Under the pieces are notes generated by a model, which saw only the letters and a list, made by a program, of their open reading frames with translations, did no database searches and was not told the origin of the DNA. A program made the position numbers and the translations under genes. A DNA stretch of 64,000 nt from Octopus bimaculoides (lineage: Eukaryota): the NCBI RefSeq assembly GCF_001194135.2, contig NC_068985.1, positions 2,843,070 to 2,907,069 on the forward strand, in the 5' to 3' direction. Below are positions 50,089 through 63,855 of this stretch, piece after piece; the first letter of the stretch is position 1, and each line of letters opens with the position of its first letter.

Positions 50089-50226
50089 AGACAATGCCCA
50101 GTATAGATGTACATATAACATCTGTAGCTATGTTTCCATTCATGGTCCTCAAGTTTAAAGAAATTAATTTGTATTCTGAAATCGCAAACAACTTCTATGA
50201 GTGAAGAATGGATATGAAGGAAAGAT

Positions 50227-50514
50227 TTAACAGTTTAACATTTAAACCAACCATATTTAGCAAAATAATCTACCTATTCTATGGTCAAACCAGCCATATC
50301 TGGTCAAAATATTCTACCTCTCTTAGGTTCAAACTTACAAGATATGGTCTCTCAAACCTATCCAACAAGATATGGTCTCTCAAACCTACCCATCTGTGTC
50401 TAAAATTAAACAACCAATTAACTTCTCAAAGCTACATGATGCATCATTCATTCAAAGCAATGAGAATGAATAAACATTACATTTGATAGGTGAATTTGAA
50501 TGCTAAAGGGTTAA
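50227..50514. mobile_element. piggyBac-like MITE with TTAA ends and an internal 28-bp tandem duplication
   Basis: TTAACAGTTTAACATTTA...TGAATGCTAAAGGGTTAA; CAAGATATGGTCTCTCAAACCTA occurs twice at ~50338-50390. Confidence 0.7.
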
Positions 50515-52069
50515 TTAGATGAATTTTGGGATAAAATGATTCCAATTACTAATTTATCTACAAACAGGAAGTCAGGTCAGTATTTACACTTACATTTTAT
50601 CTACATGAGAACATTAATTCAAGAAAATGCTGCAAAATTCTCAGACCATCTGAAGATAATGATGCTCTTGAAGGAAACCCCAAGGCAGTGTAATGCTTTG
50701 CGAAAACAGCCGTTCACTAATGAATATTCAAAGTACAAACTTTAATATTTATAGCTGGTTGTTGTCAATAAGTGTAGTTCTTTTTATAATACTGATGGTC
50801 ATAGTTGTGCCAACAGCCTGTCATCGTTCTTCCAATCGTAATGTCATCATAAAATTACGTGTTTATTCCACTGGTCTTCACTTTGCCCATTAAGTTACAA
50901 ACTTGTATTTCGTTCTCAAAGTGACTAAGATTACCAGACCTAATGAGTTCAGATTGGAAATTCCAAAACCTCATTCACAGAAAAACAGCTGTAAGGGAAT
51001 TGAAACACTGCTGCTTCTGTCATTGTCATCATTGTCATGATCATCATCACTACCATCAAACCATAACGACAGATTCTACGCAGAAGGTAAGGATTTGCTT
51101 CAGTAGTATTCCACTGTTCTGAGCAACATTCGAACCATTAAAGTATAGGTTGTTTTTTTTTTATATTCTTTAAGTCCTGGTTAAATAAATACCAGTAAAA
51201 AGAGACACAGTGACTCTGCATTTAAGGTACAAGATTACTGATGACAGGATCTTCAGTTCAGATGTCACTGCTGTGAAGCTTTGTACTGTAGCACTTTCTT
51301 CTACTTAGTTTGTTTTACTGAATAACATAAACACTTCCACTTCCACAATTGACTATGTAGTATATAAACAATTGGTACTTATTTTATTGGGGACAATGGA
51401 ATAAGTACCATTGAGCACTGGGGTCGATGTAATTGACTAGCCCCTTCCCCCAAAAATTTCAGGCTTTGTATCTATAGCAGAACAGATTATTAATGTCAAT
51501 GCTGTTGTTTTCTTTGAATGATATAACAAAAATGATCAGAGTTTGACTTATTAGAAACTGAAAGTGGCAAAGAAAATACCAAGCACTTTTTGGGGGGTTT
51601 TTTTGAGGTTTTTTTTTTTTTTTTTTGTGGTTTGGAAGAAAATGAGAAAAGAAAAATTACTCTGAGTGATTCCTGCAACTTCATGGAAAAAACTAAACCA
51701 AAATTGTAAATTTACATAAACTGGCATTAAATTTTGGCAATAAAATGACAAGACGCTTGATCCATTGGACATAAAAAAGAAGTCTTGTATAACTAACTTT
51801 GTAACAACATCAACTAATCAAGCCATCAAACCAAAAGAAGCCTCTACATAGAACACTAACCTACAAGAAATAGCAGCTAAATTTCCTTTAAATCACAGAA
51901 TATTTAAATAAAAATTCACTGGATAATGTCCCACCAACACACTCACTGAAGGAAAGAATGGCAGAATGGTCATGTCTGAAACACCTTTGAACATAAATAT
52001 GTTCAATTAGAGCTAACGTGAGTTAAACTAAGAACAACAGCATCAACCAAGTATTTTTTTTGTTATTTA

Positions 52070-52265
52070 GGTGGCACACTGGGCAAAATGCTTAGCAGCA
52101 TTTCGCTTGTCTTCAGATTCTGAGTTCAAATTCCACTGCAGTCGACTTTGCTTTCATCCTTTTGGGGTCAATAAATTAAGTACCAGTTGCATACTGGAGT
52201 CAATCTAATCGATTAGCCCCCTCCCCAAAAATTTCGGGCTCTTGTACCTAGAGTAGAAAAGAATA
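52070..52265 (+). mobile_element. SINE family B copy
   Basis: GGGCAAAATGCTTAGCAGCATTTC...GGGGTCAATAAATTAAGTACCAGTTG...GTAGAAAAGAAT; a partial copy lies at ~51385-51490. Confidence 0.85.
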
Positions 52266-52729
52266 TTTTCTGTTATTTCGTGTATAATCTGACTATTTTA
52301 TATTAGTGTCTTGAGATGGTTCATTTCTTTATTTACTTATTTTTTGATAGCTATTATATATAATTTGATTGTCTAACAACTGATTAAATAAGACTTATTA
52401 AGGATTCTCTAATTTAAACGGAATTTGAAATTAAGATTTTCAGACAGATATTTCAGAAACTGAAAGTAGCAAAGGAAATATAAATATTCAGTACAACACA
52501 GCAGTAAAGAGAAAGAAATGTATCAGGGTAATTTATGCCTGTTTATGAAAATAACTGGACAACAACACATGCTTCTAGATGAAGGACTCACTGTAGTTCA
52601 TTTCCGGCTGCTTCTTGTGGCAATAATTCAGAAACAAATAACAATGCTATACTGTCTCTAAAAATTACAACTCTTGGCCCAACTTATGGATGTGAGTTTA
52701 ATCAACTATGTTCGTTATCCCTTCTTCAT

Positions 52730-53050
52730 CATCATCATCGTTTAATGTCTGCTTTCCATGCTGGATTGGAGGGTTTCACAGGAGCCAGCCAGGAAGGAGC
52801 CTGCAACAGACTTCTGTGTGTATTTTGGCAGGGTTTTTATGACTGGATGCCCTTCCTAACACTAACCACCCAGAGTGGACTCAGTGCTTTTTATGTGGCA
52901 CCAGCACAGGCAAGGTCAGTTTAGGCATGTTTTTTTACAGCTGGATTCCCTTCCAAATGCCAACCATTTTACAGTGTAGACTGGATGCTTTTTAAGTGGC
53001 ACCAGCACTGGCAGGGTCACCAAGTAACTTGCAAGACAAAGATCCTTTGA
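52730..53050 (-). mobile_element. SINE family C-like tail with duplicated core
   Basis: CATCATCATCATCGTTTAATGTCTGCTTTCCATGCTGG; the TGGAT(G/T)CCCTTCC(T/A)AA motif occurs twice. Confidence 0.8.
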
Positions 53051-53179
53051 GAAGGGATGTTGCATTGGAGGAGGTGGCTTTGTGCCAGGTGATGAAAAGT
53101 TAGAATGAGGCAGAGAGAAAGGAAAGGTATCTTGTTGTAGAGGAGGTACATGGCTACCTGGCCAGAGAGAGAGAGAGAG

Positions 53180-53600
53180 TGTGTGCCCCTACATCCTGAG
53201 ATCAGTCCTTACCACTTCATCCCACATCTTCCTGGGTCTCCCTCTTCCACAGGTGCCATCCACTTTCAGTAATCAGCACTTCTTTATGCAGCTGTCTTCA
53301 TTCATGTGCATCACATGTCCAAACCAAAGTAGTCTTCTCTCTTGCATGCTGCATTTGATTCCTCTTATGCCTGACTTTTCTCTCAACACATTTACACTTT
53401 GTCGTTCATGCACATTAATACTGCATATCCAGCGGAACATATTACCTTCATTCATTTCTAATCTATGCATGTCTTCTGCATTCAGAGTCCATACCTCACT
53501 ACCATGCAGTACAGCCGTTCGCACACAAGCATCATACAGTCTGCCTCTCATTCTTAGAGAGAGTCCTTTAGTTACCAACAAAGGTAATAGCTTTCTGAAC
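53180..53600 (-). pseudogene. RTE-type LINE ORF2 C-terminal region
   Basis: LVTKGLSLRMRGRLYDACVRTAVLHGSEVW...RRLLWFGHVMHMNEDSCIKKC*LLKVDGTCGRGRPRKMWDEVVRTDL. Confidence 0.9.
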
Positions 53601-56600
53601 TTGTTCCATCCTATTTCACATATAGCATCTATAAAAGCTAAATTTATAAGTTCAAAAATTGCAGAAGAATTTGTTAGTGGGCAGTTTAGCTTAAAAGTAA
53701 AGCACTATGATTGGTAATCACAGAGAAGTGAGTTCAAGTCTCATGGCTGGTACTAACAAATTTTTCTGCAATATAAGGATGTTCTATCCTATTTATGCTA
53801 TTCAGCATTATTATTATCATGCATTTGAGAATAAAATATTTCCATATCTGTATATTTCAATACATCTCAAAGCTTCAAAAAAAGAAAAAGAAAAAAAGAA
53901 AAAAAGGCAAACTTTGTTTACATACAATGTAATTTCTAGAAACAATACTTTCAAAGCAGCCTCCACCATTGTTAATTTGGTTACCTAGGTAACAGAAACT
54001 ACCGACAACTTCAAGAGAGCCTCCTGGGCATTTGAGAGAATCTAAGCCTCATGCGCTCCAAGTGTTTATTGTTCCTGCACATCTGCCACATGTGAAGATG
54101 ACTTATCTTTCTATATTCTAGTGTTCTTCATTTAAAAAGCTAAACTAAAAGTAAGGAGGCAGATAGTTGGCATTTTGGCTAATTATCTGCCCAGATAATT
54201 AATTGGTCAGAATAAGCCATTTCAAAGAAAGGGTAACATCTGTTAAAGGATATTGAAACAGTAAAAAGTAACCAGAAAAATTCTAGACCCTACAGAAGCT
54301 TGCTCAGATCTTCAATTTTGAAGGAGGTTCTCTAGCACCTGCATTTCAATAAATAAACCAACTATGCTCCTCCATTTAATTATCACAATGCAGGGACACA
54401 GTCAATTACAACAGATACAGCCATGCGTGCGTGATCAAGAAATTTTCTTCTGACTCATGCAGCTCCAAGTTCAGTCTCACTGCACGGCACCTTGGGCAAG
54501 TGTCTCATATAATGCCGGGATTGCCAATGCCTTGAAAGAGAATCTGACTAATGGAAACTGAAAGAGATCCGTCATGCATGTGTAAATATTTTTAAAAACC
54601 TATGCTGAGCTGATGTCACAGGTTGCAGCTCACAAACTGACATTTTCATTAATGGTTAGGCTGTGACAAGTGAAAGTTTCCCTCTGGAATAATAAAACCC
54701 TTACTAAAAAAAATAACTAAAAGCATCTGGCTGTAAAAAAACTGCTCTTAAAATTTACCTCCACCTAAGTAATGCTAACATGAAAACAAAGGTGTAAGAT
54801 GAAATGAACATTCTTTAATCTTTTTATACAAAAGATTTTTTTTTATTTATAGACTAAACTGATAATAAGGAGATAGATGATTTGTTAGTTAACTATAAAG
54901 TTGAAATGATGTTGATCCGAACAAATTATTACAAAAGAAAAACTCTGCTACTTCAAATGATATTTGCAATGCAGGGAGAGAGAGAAGTACCTAGAACTGT
55001 AACAAAGACAATTACAAGAAACAAATGCACCTCAGCATCATGAGCAAAACCCAAACTGTTTTGGAGAATACAGTTGTACCAAAAGTGGGACTAACAGAGA
55101 GAAACTGAAATTATAAGATGATGTGCTGCTTGGATGAACACAAAACAATGAAATATTAGAAAAACAATTTAAGCAAATGGATGGATGAATTTAAAAAGTA
55201 AAAGTAAGTGCTGGTAGAAAAATTCCAAGTTTATAAAGGAATTGCAAAATTAGACGATTATGCCATGAAGATGGTAGAGAAAGATAAATTAGGGAGATTG
55301 TAAATTCAAATGAGAGAATTGGGTTTACAGGAACTGAATGATGCAAAACAAGTGTTGAAAGAGTTTCCATGGGGCCATTATCGTCTAAGCAACAATGCTA
55401 GTTCAACAGTTGATCTATTTTTAAATATTTATTTCTTCTAGAATTATGTCTTATGAAACATATCTTATGTCTAGTTTGGATAAGATGTGGTAGGATGTAA
55501 ATAGTCAATATTTACAGTATACAAATTAGTCAGACAAATTTGCATAAAGATTAAGAATCTTAAAAAGCTACATGCGACCGCGCGCACACGCACACACACA
55601 CACACACATGAGCTCATCCAATATAAAATATAAACAATATTATTCTTTTTATATTTTCTCTGAATTCAGTCCCTGAACTGCAGCTATATAGGGACACCAC
55701 CTTTAAGAGGTTTAGTTAATTATATAATTAGCTCCAACGCTTTGTTTGGAACTTATTTTATTAATTTTGTAATGGAGAAAGTGAAAGGGATATAGAAAAG
55801 ATGAAACCAAAAATTTTATGTTCAAACAAGTGATCCTTCAGTGGCCAGACCTACATGTCTTCACTTGCAGTTGTAACCCAAATGCATTTATATGGAATGC
55901 TTTTGCAAACTTTATAGTTTATTACATAACTTGTCTAAGAAGGAAAATTTTGGAGTTTATAAAGAAATATAGAGTGAAAAAAAAAAAAATTTTTTTAAAC
56001 TTATTCTGCATATCTCATGTTCGGAGAAACAAACACTAAAGCAATTACAATGGCAACAAGGACAACAACGATGATGATGATGATGATAATTACAGTTGTG
56101 GTGGTGGTGGTGGTGGTGGCAGTGGTGATGATGATGATGACAATGGCAACATCTGCTGCCCCAATCAAGATGGGTAACCAGAAAGTATTAAATCCTACAA
56201 CCAAATGACTGAACAATCCAAGGTGATAGCATTTAGCTTCCAGTCATCAAAATTCCCATCTCTAGAAATTTGTTAGATAATTGTTCTGTAAACTAACTTC
56301 TTTCTTTAATTTTTTTCTTTTACATTTTATATTGCACCAAGAAAGTATACGTGAAGATTACTTGAAGATAGCATTCTCATCTTCAACCAATAAGAGAAAT
56401 AATGCCAAACAAAAAAATAATAATTAAAAAAAAAAAAACAGAAAAGAATCTTGTAAAAATGCTTGATAGAGGCAGAAAGAAAAGAGCTGTTTCCTTCCTT
56501 CTTTACATTTCTAAAGTTAAACGTAGTGAAGAGGATGCTGCTGTTGAACAGATATTTCCTTTTACTTCAGTTTGTAAACTCACAGTAATACAATGTTGAT

Positions 56601-56900
56601 GTCATATTTGTGAAAGATTAATAATGCTAAATAACTGCAACGGAGAACATAATTTCATTCCAAAATCAGCAATTAGAAAGGAGATAAAAGACAACAACAA
56701 TAACAACAATATTAACAAAACAGAAGAGAGCATGAGCGTTAGTGGGCAAAACCAAAAATTGAAACTTTGAAATCCCTATCAACTTTTCCTTGTAGAAATA
56801 AAAGCAAAAGCAATATTGAATGCGATGAAGTAATCCTTGAATCCATGATTTTTATTCTTTTCATTGTAACTATACATAAAAACAAACTCCATATACATAT

Positions 56901-56955
<55 letters not shown>

Positions 56956-57068
56956 NNNNNNNNNNNNNNNNNNNNNNNNNNNNNNNNNNNNNNNNNNNNN
57001 NNNNNNNNNNNNNNNNNNNNNNNNNNNNNNNNNNNNNNNNNNNNNNNNNNNNNNNNNNNNNNNNNNNN

Positions 57069-57101
<33 letters not shown>

Positions 57102-57289
57102 ATAGTTATGGCCAGTCCATAGGGTTACCCAGGGTTTTGTGTCCATAAAGCGCCAAGCTTTACATACAGCTCCTCAAACCCCAACACCAGCCGCTAGGCC
57201 CTAACTACCTTTCTCTAAATATTCCACATCTGTATAACTCAGAGCGTGCTTCACTTTCGGAATTATGGCTTACTGACTATATACACATA

Positions 57290-57500
57290 TACACATATAC
57301 ACACACCCATGCATATATACATGTGTTTGTGTCTGTGTGTATCTCTGTGTCTGTGTTTGTTCCCCACCACTGCTTGACAACGGGTGTTGGGTCTTTATGT
57401 CCCCGTAACTCAGCAGTCTGGCAAAAAGAGACTAGAAAAAAAAAATTACTGGGGTTGATTCATTCAACTAAAAATTCTTAAAGACAGTCTAATGACTGAA
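57290..57500 (+). mobile_element. SINE family A 3' half
   Basis: GTTCCCCACCACTGCTTGACAACGGGTGTTGG...ATGTCCCCGTAACTCAGCAG...CTAATGACTGAAAC. Confidence 0.75.
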
Positions 57501-57519
57501 ACTAGTAATATGTAAGTAC

Positions 57520-57532
57520 ATACGTGTGTGTG

Positions 57533-57600
<68 letters not shown>

Positions 57601-57742
57601 TGCAAACTTATATTTGCAGAAGTGAATAATATATACATACACACTTTGCATAGTTTAAACGACCTCTCTCACCACTCAAGACACCGTCACCACCTGAAAA
57701 ACAGCTTTTGCAGGAGACATATACATGCAGAAGTGTGTGTGC

Positions 57743-57779
<37 letters not shown>

Positions 57780-58830
57780 TGCACACACGTTCAAGAATGC
57801 ATGCGAGGTTGAGTGCTTGTGCATGTGAGTGCGTGTGTGAATGCTTGTGTAGTAGCATTAGCATGTAGTAAATACCACAGCACGCAGCCCTGCCACCTGA
57901 CTCTCCTCTTTTTCACACAGGCACACAATAATCCCAATCCAATAAGACATTAGACAGATGGGAACGAATGAGATTATGAAAGAGAGAAAGGACGAGTGAA
58001 AGAGAAGAGAAAGGAAGGGAGTGGTAGAAAAAGAAGAAGAAAAAAACACGAAAAGAATGAAATGAACAAATGTGAATGAGGTAAGTGAAACTGAATAACG
58101 GAATACTGAGTAAAGAAAAACAGATGATTTACTGAATGAAATGAAACAATGTGGATGAAAGATGAAATGAGAATATGAATGAATAAATAAACAAAAAGCA
58201 AAACAATGAAATGATGAAGAAGATGAGAGGAAAGAAGACCGAGAGAAAAGAGTACAAAATAATGAAAGACGAAAACAGAGAAATAAAATGAAAACATACA
58301 GAGTGAATAAACGAAGGAGGAAATATATGGGAATAAAAGAAGAAAAGCTACAGTAAAATAGCTGGGAATGGAGGAAATATGATGCCAAAAGTACGTGAAA
58401 AAGAGGAAAGCTTAAAGTAAGGAAAGGAGAATGAGATTAGAGAGAATGAAAGAGAGAGAGAGAGAAGGAGGCAGGAGATAGATGTAATACTATGGACTGG
58501 AAAGAAAGAAGAAGAAAAAAATTGGTTTCATTTGGACAGAGTTGTCATGGTAACAGAAGGAGTGGAAGGCATGTGTTATGGATGCATATTATATTCCGTG
58601 GAATTGGGGAAACTTAAAAGGTAAAAATAAGAAGGAAATAAAACACTTTCAATATAAGGGGAAAAGATGATGCAGTCACCATGGAACATTGAAGGAAAAA
58701 AACAATAATACACATAATAGAAATGGGGAAAAAAAAGGATGAAAGGAAGGAAGGAAAGAAAGAAAGAAAGAAAGAAAGAAAGAATAAAAGAAAGAAAGCA
58801 AAAAAATGAAGAAAAAAAAAGAAAGCAAAG
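57520..58830. repeat. Purine-rich low-complexity domain ((GA)n, (GT)n, (GAAA)n, GA-rich)
   Basis: Strong A/G strand skew; produces the F/S/L-rich pseudo-ORFs. Confidence 0.85.
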
Positions 58831-60112
58831 ACTTCTATCCATGCTGAAACACTTGAAAATTCAATTCTGCTGGCTACAAAGTGGCCAACGCAGTAGAGTG
58901 GCATGGTATGGAATGGTGTGAAGTACGACTTGTAGTATAGTTTGGGGAATGGCAGAAGGAAGAGGAGTTGGAAACGAAAGGGAATCTAGGGTTGATTGTT
59001 TAAAGGAGGCGGGACAAGTTCATTTGCCAACAAAAACAGTTGGCTTTTTGTTTCATTTAAAGGAAAATAAAGTGGTCCAAGCTTCGCTTCTCTGTTTGGT
59101 GGAGCCATAACAACAGAGAGAATCACAGGAAAGGATTATTTGAGTTTTGTTTCATAAAAATATTTTGTTTTGCAAAAGAAGAAAGGGATTCTTTTGGGGA
59201 TGGTTTCTTTTTTTTTTTTTTTCCATTTTTCTTTTACACTATTTTGATTTCCCTCCTTATTACAAATGTTCTATATTTTTTGAAGTACTTTTATACGTTA
59301 CCCCACACCACATGAGAAACAGTCAATGTACCTGTCTTTCCTTTTCCTGTTAATGTATGCTCTTGCTGCCCTCGCAGACTCTATTACTAAACTTTATAGC
59401 CCAATCTTTTCCTCCTAAACTCTCTCTCTCTCTGAAGTTTCATCGCCACCACCCTGCCAAACATTAACTGCACTAACCTTGCCTAGTTATTTCTTATGCT
59501 CCAGTCAAGAAGAGTAGATAAAGGTTAGAAGGCATTGCTCCTCCTCTTTAAACAACTCAACAAAAACACAAACAAATGCTGGATAGCTTTACAAAATTGC
59601 GAGAATATTTGCATGAAAACTGTTGGAACAATTCTTGATAGCAAGATGAATTTCTTTATGTTTCTTCCCAACAATATTATAGTTAATGTTAACGATTCAA
59701 TTATAGAATGGAAGTCACAGGCATTTTACTGCTTGCTGTATTGGGTGGAATACAGAATAAATGTGCCGTTTTATTAATGCAACATGAGATGCTGAATATA
59801 ATTATTAGTGACAGAAGCAGAATTGAATTTAGATAGAGGCCACAATATGGTAGGCTGCTATATACACAACACTGAATAAATGCATTGCATCTAAGGTACT
59901 ACTATGAAATTAATTATACAATATGTAGACTGATGTAAGATGAGACAGCGAATAGTTGAGCATTTCTAGAACTGAGTACATTAATTCACTTAAAGTGTTA
60001 TCAGAAAACATCAAGATTAACTTCATCAATAATGTAAGGCAAACAATTTACATTGTACTTGTAGTACATCTAAAGAGTAATAAATGAATTAGTATATGTA
60101 CTATTTATTAAT

Positions 60113-60200
60113 CACTATATATAGTATTAACAAAGCACTATATGTTATATTAACGATGCACTATATGCAGCATTAATGAAGCAATATATATAGTATTAAG
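60113..60200. repeat. Degenerate 23-bp tandem repeat, about four copies
   Basis: CACTATATATAGTATTAACAAAG / CACTATATGTTATATTAACGATG / CACTATATGCAGCATTAATGAAG / CAATATATATAGTATTAAG. Confidence 0.8.
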
Positions 60201-62629
60201 TAATCCACAATATTAATGGTAAATATAAAGAACTGGTGATGTCTTGTAAGATGAACTTTCTTGTATTTCTTTCTTCTACTGCAGCAACATTAGGACCAAC
60301 TCCAACAACAGAGGATAACTTATAATAAAAGCAGCTGTGAAGTTCATAGTTTAAAATCATAAAGTTATTAAGTAATGAATGTGCTGGACTCCAGACAGAA
60401 AGGTTTTGAATGCAATCTGTTAATACACTTGCCACAGCAGATCTATAAAGGGTATAAAACTTCTGTCAAATTTTGAACAGTAAGTAAACAGCCAACCCTT
60501 ACATGGTGGTCATTTGACTAGCTAGGGGGAGAAAATCACAGCCCTTCATTTTGAAAAGAGATACATTGGATAATATAGTTTTTAAATGTATTGTCTAAAT
60601 GAAAGAGAAGAAAGCTATAGTTGGAGAGTCTTTCATCAGAGATTTGCTAGAGCCGGATTGACTTGAGACTGAGTAACACAGTCATCTGTGTACTGCTTCT
60701 ATTTAACTCAATTCACAGGTATATACAATACAACCCAAATATATACTGTGGTAAATCTTTTTTTTTTTTTTGATAAGGTGTTTCTCTTAAACAATTTTAG
60801 AAGACAAACACAGAAAGGCCACGTAGTAGGTCCAACGACCTGGGGAACAAGGTTCAAATAAAGATTTTGTAAGCATTACTATGCATGAACAATGTCAGTG
60901 CTAAGCATGCCAACCTTTAATTATTTCACATGAAGGTCACATAAAGGCAACGGTGACAAAATTGTACTTCAAAAAATAACTTCAAAGCTGTAAAATATTT
61001 CAGTTCTAATTAAATACTGACCCACTCCATATATACAAAAGCTCCACTATGGAGTACTGCTGCTAAACACTAAAACATTTTCAACCACATACAAAAGCAG
61101 ATCATTCAGTTAATTGACAAAAGACACAATCTCTCACTTTCAGAGATTTCATATCTTCTCTTTCATAGTTTTGTAAAGAAGTTTGCTCTGTGGTACATTC
61201 AGCAACTGTTTTCCACCATAACATCGTGTTGAACTCAATTGTGTTAGTGGAATTTGGCAAGCAGAAATTGTGTGGAAATTTTCAAGCATGTGTGTGTGTA
61301 TATGAGTGCATGTATTGGTCTTATTTGGACAGTGGTGGCTTTTGTTTGTGTCCCACACAGATAATATGTTCTACAGCTCAGCAGTTCAACAACAAAATTA
61401 AGGTGGAAGAAAGCACCTTACTTGAAAACAAGGTTAGTGTCAGGAAAAAAAAAAAAAAAAGTAACCCTAAATCTAATCCAACCCATGCCAGCATGGAAAA
61501 AGTGGATTTAAAAACAATGATGATGATGATGATGATGATGATGGAGGGAGGGAGCAGGAGAGAAAATGAGGAGAGGAGAAATGGGAGTTGGCAGCAGTGG
61601 TTACAATGACAGTGAGGATCTTTTTTGTGATGACAAGTTTCTGCTTTTCTGTTGGAATGCAACTTGCTTTGGCTGACTCAAACTCTTTCTCTCTCTTCTC
61701 CTTTCATCTCAACCAGTGTGTACAAACACCCCCCCACACACACACACACTAGCCACTTTGTTCTATCTTTCTTCATCAAAGCCACAAACTCCTGGGATTC
61801 TTTCAAACCCATATTTTTGCTATGGAGATTGACCTCTAGAAGTTCAAACAGGACATCAAAGACATCAACGAAGGCCTACAAAGGTCATAAGCACTTTCTC
61901 TCCTCCTCTGACTAATGAATAAGAAAATAACACATGATGATTTATACTTAATGCTGAATAAAGCATATGAGGATTTAACAGCTCTGAGGTCAATTTGAAT
62001 CCAATTGTACTAAATTCATAATTCTTTGATTCATAGACTTGTCTTTGTTGAAAATTTGTGTAAAAATGACAGAATCAATATACTCTCTGGTTTGTCAAGT
62101 AATTTTCCAAGTATTGTCTTCGAGTATGATCCCATGGTTTTGCACTACATGGTACCAACCAATTCACATGCCTTTGAGATATCTACATATGTGGCTTGAA
62201 CATAGATTTAAATCTATCAAACAAAATTATTTCTTACAGTAACAAATCTGTAATCGAAGCAGCATATGTTTAAAATCAAACCAGTCAAACAGATTTTGAC
62301 AAAGATACCTCATCTGTTAATGCAACGACAATAACTGCTAGCATGCAATAATATCATGACCTTGTATTAACATACATGCACACATATATCCACTCTAGGT
62401 TTATAGAGCCACTGCATGCTTATGTGAGCAATGGGCCATCGTTCAAATGAACCTCTGTGGGTACTTGTTGGAATAAAATTACAACTAATAGAATTATCAA
62501 GTAGAAACCGAATAAAATAATATCATTTCCTCTTATCTGTTGTTTACATCTCAAAACACATGCCAATATACTTACACACACACGATGCATTTATATAGAC
62601 ACACATGCACATACAAGTGCAAGCAAGGC

Positions 62630-62835
62630 TGCATTTGTTACTTGTTTCAGTTATCAGACTGTGGCCAAGCTGCAGTACTACCCTGAAGAATTTTCAATCG
62701 AATGAATCAACCTCAGTACTTATGATTTTTGAGCCTGGTACTATTCTCTCGGTCTCTTTTGTCAAACTGCTAAGTTACAAAGACATAAAAACATGTCAGC
62801 ACCAGTTGTCGAGCAGTGGAGGGGGACAAAGACAA

Positions 62836-62874
<39 letters not shown>

Positions 62875-63030
62875 AGAGGCTTCTTTCAGTTTCCTTCTAC
62901 CAAATCCACTCACAATGCTTTGATCATCCCAAAGCCATAGTAGAAGAGACTTGCCTAAGATGCCACACAGTGGGACTGAACCTAGTACCATGTGATTGGG
63001 AAGTAAGCGTCTAACCACACAGCCAGGCCT
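62630..63030 (-). mobile_element. SINE family A copy
   Basis: Full tail-to-head homology with 5065-5613. Confidence 0.88.
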
Positions 63031-63159
63031 GCAACTATGTTTAAAATGTTTGTATCACAAATACAACACTTATCAACAGACTTCAATCATTCAGGGTGGC
63101 ACTTTGGGCAAGTGTTTTCAACAATAATGTTTGTTTCACCAATGCCTTATGAGTGAAAT

Positions 63160-63355
63160 CTAATCTTTTCTACTCTAGGCACAAGGCCCAAAATTTTTCA
63201 ACCCCAGTATGCAACTGGTACTTAATCTATCAACCCCAAAAGGATGAAAGGTAAAGTCAATCTCAGTGGAATTTGAACTCAGAACGTAAAGACAAATGAA
63301 ATACTGCTCAGCCTTTCACCCGGTGTGCCAACGTCTCTGCCAGCTCGCTGTCTTG
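63160..63355 (-). mobile_element. SINE family B copy
   Basis: ACTGGTACTTAATCTATCAACCCCAAAAGGATGAAAGGTAAAGTC...CCCGGTGTGCCAACGTCTCTGCCAGCTCGC. Confidence 0.85.
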
Positions 63356-63427
63356 GAGAGGAATTCAATAAACAAAAACTTCTCATACTCTTGTTTTAAA
63401 TATGTGTGATTTTGTTTTATATACATA

Positions 63428-63474
<47 letters not shown>

Positions 63475-63682
63475 GCATGCATGCATATATAATCATATGC
63501 ATGCTTGCATATAAGTATGTATGCACTGAAGTGAGCATAATCCGCTAAACGTGTGAAGGCTGTGAGTGTCCAGTATGGCCATTGTCCAATGACTGAAAAC
63601 AGTAAGAGAGCCTAACATTTTACGTTCCCTCATAGAAGCAGTATTAGTTGTATCATTCTTTCCATAGCAGTAGCTTCATTTT

Positions 63683-63718
<36 letters not shown>

Positions 63719-63820
63719 TGTGTTAGTGTGGATGTATGATGACTGTATGATGATGTGGATGTATGATGAAATGTAAGAATAGGGAACTAAGGCAACAAGT
63801 GAATACTTAATTTCATCAAA

Positions 63821-63855
<35 letters not shown>

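Noticed and set aside
53181-53717. 178-aa plus-strand ORF (also 18978-19370)
   Set aside because: Antisense shadows of RTE and CR1 coding sequence.
53981-53994. 14-bp palindrome GTTACCTAGGTAAC
   Set aside because: Too short and isolated; expected by chance or from repeat debris.
57858-58388. 176-aa F/S/L-rich ORF and neighbours
   Set aside because: Translation of a purine/pyrimidine low-complexity tract.
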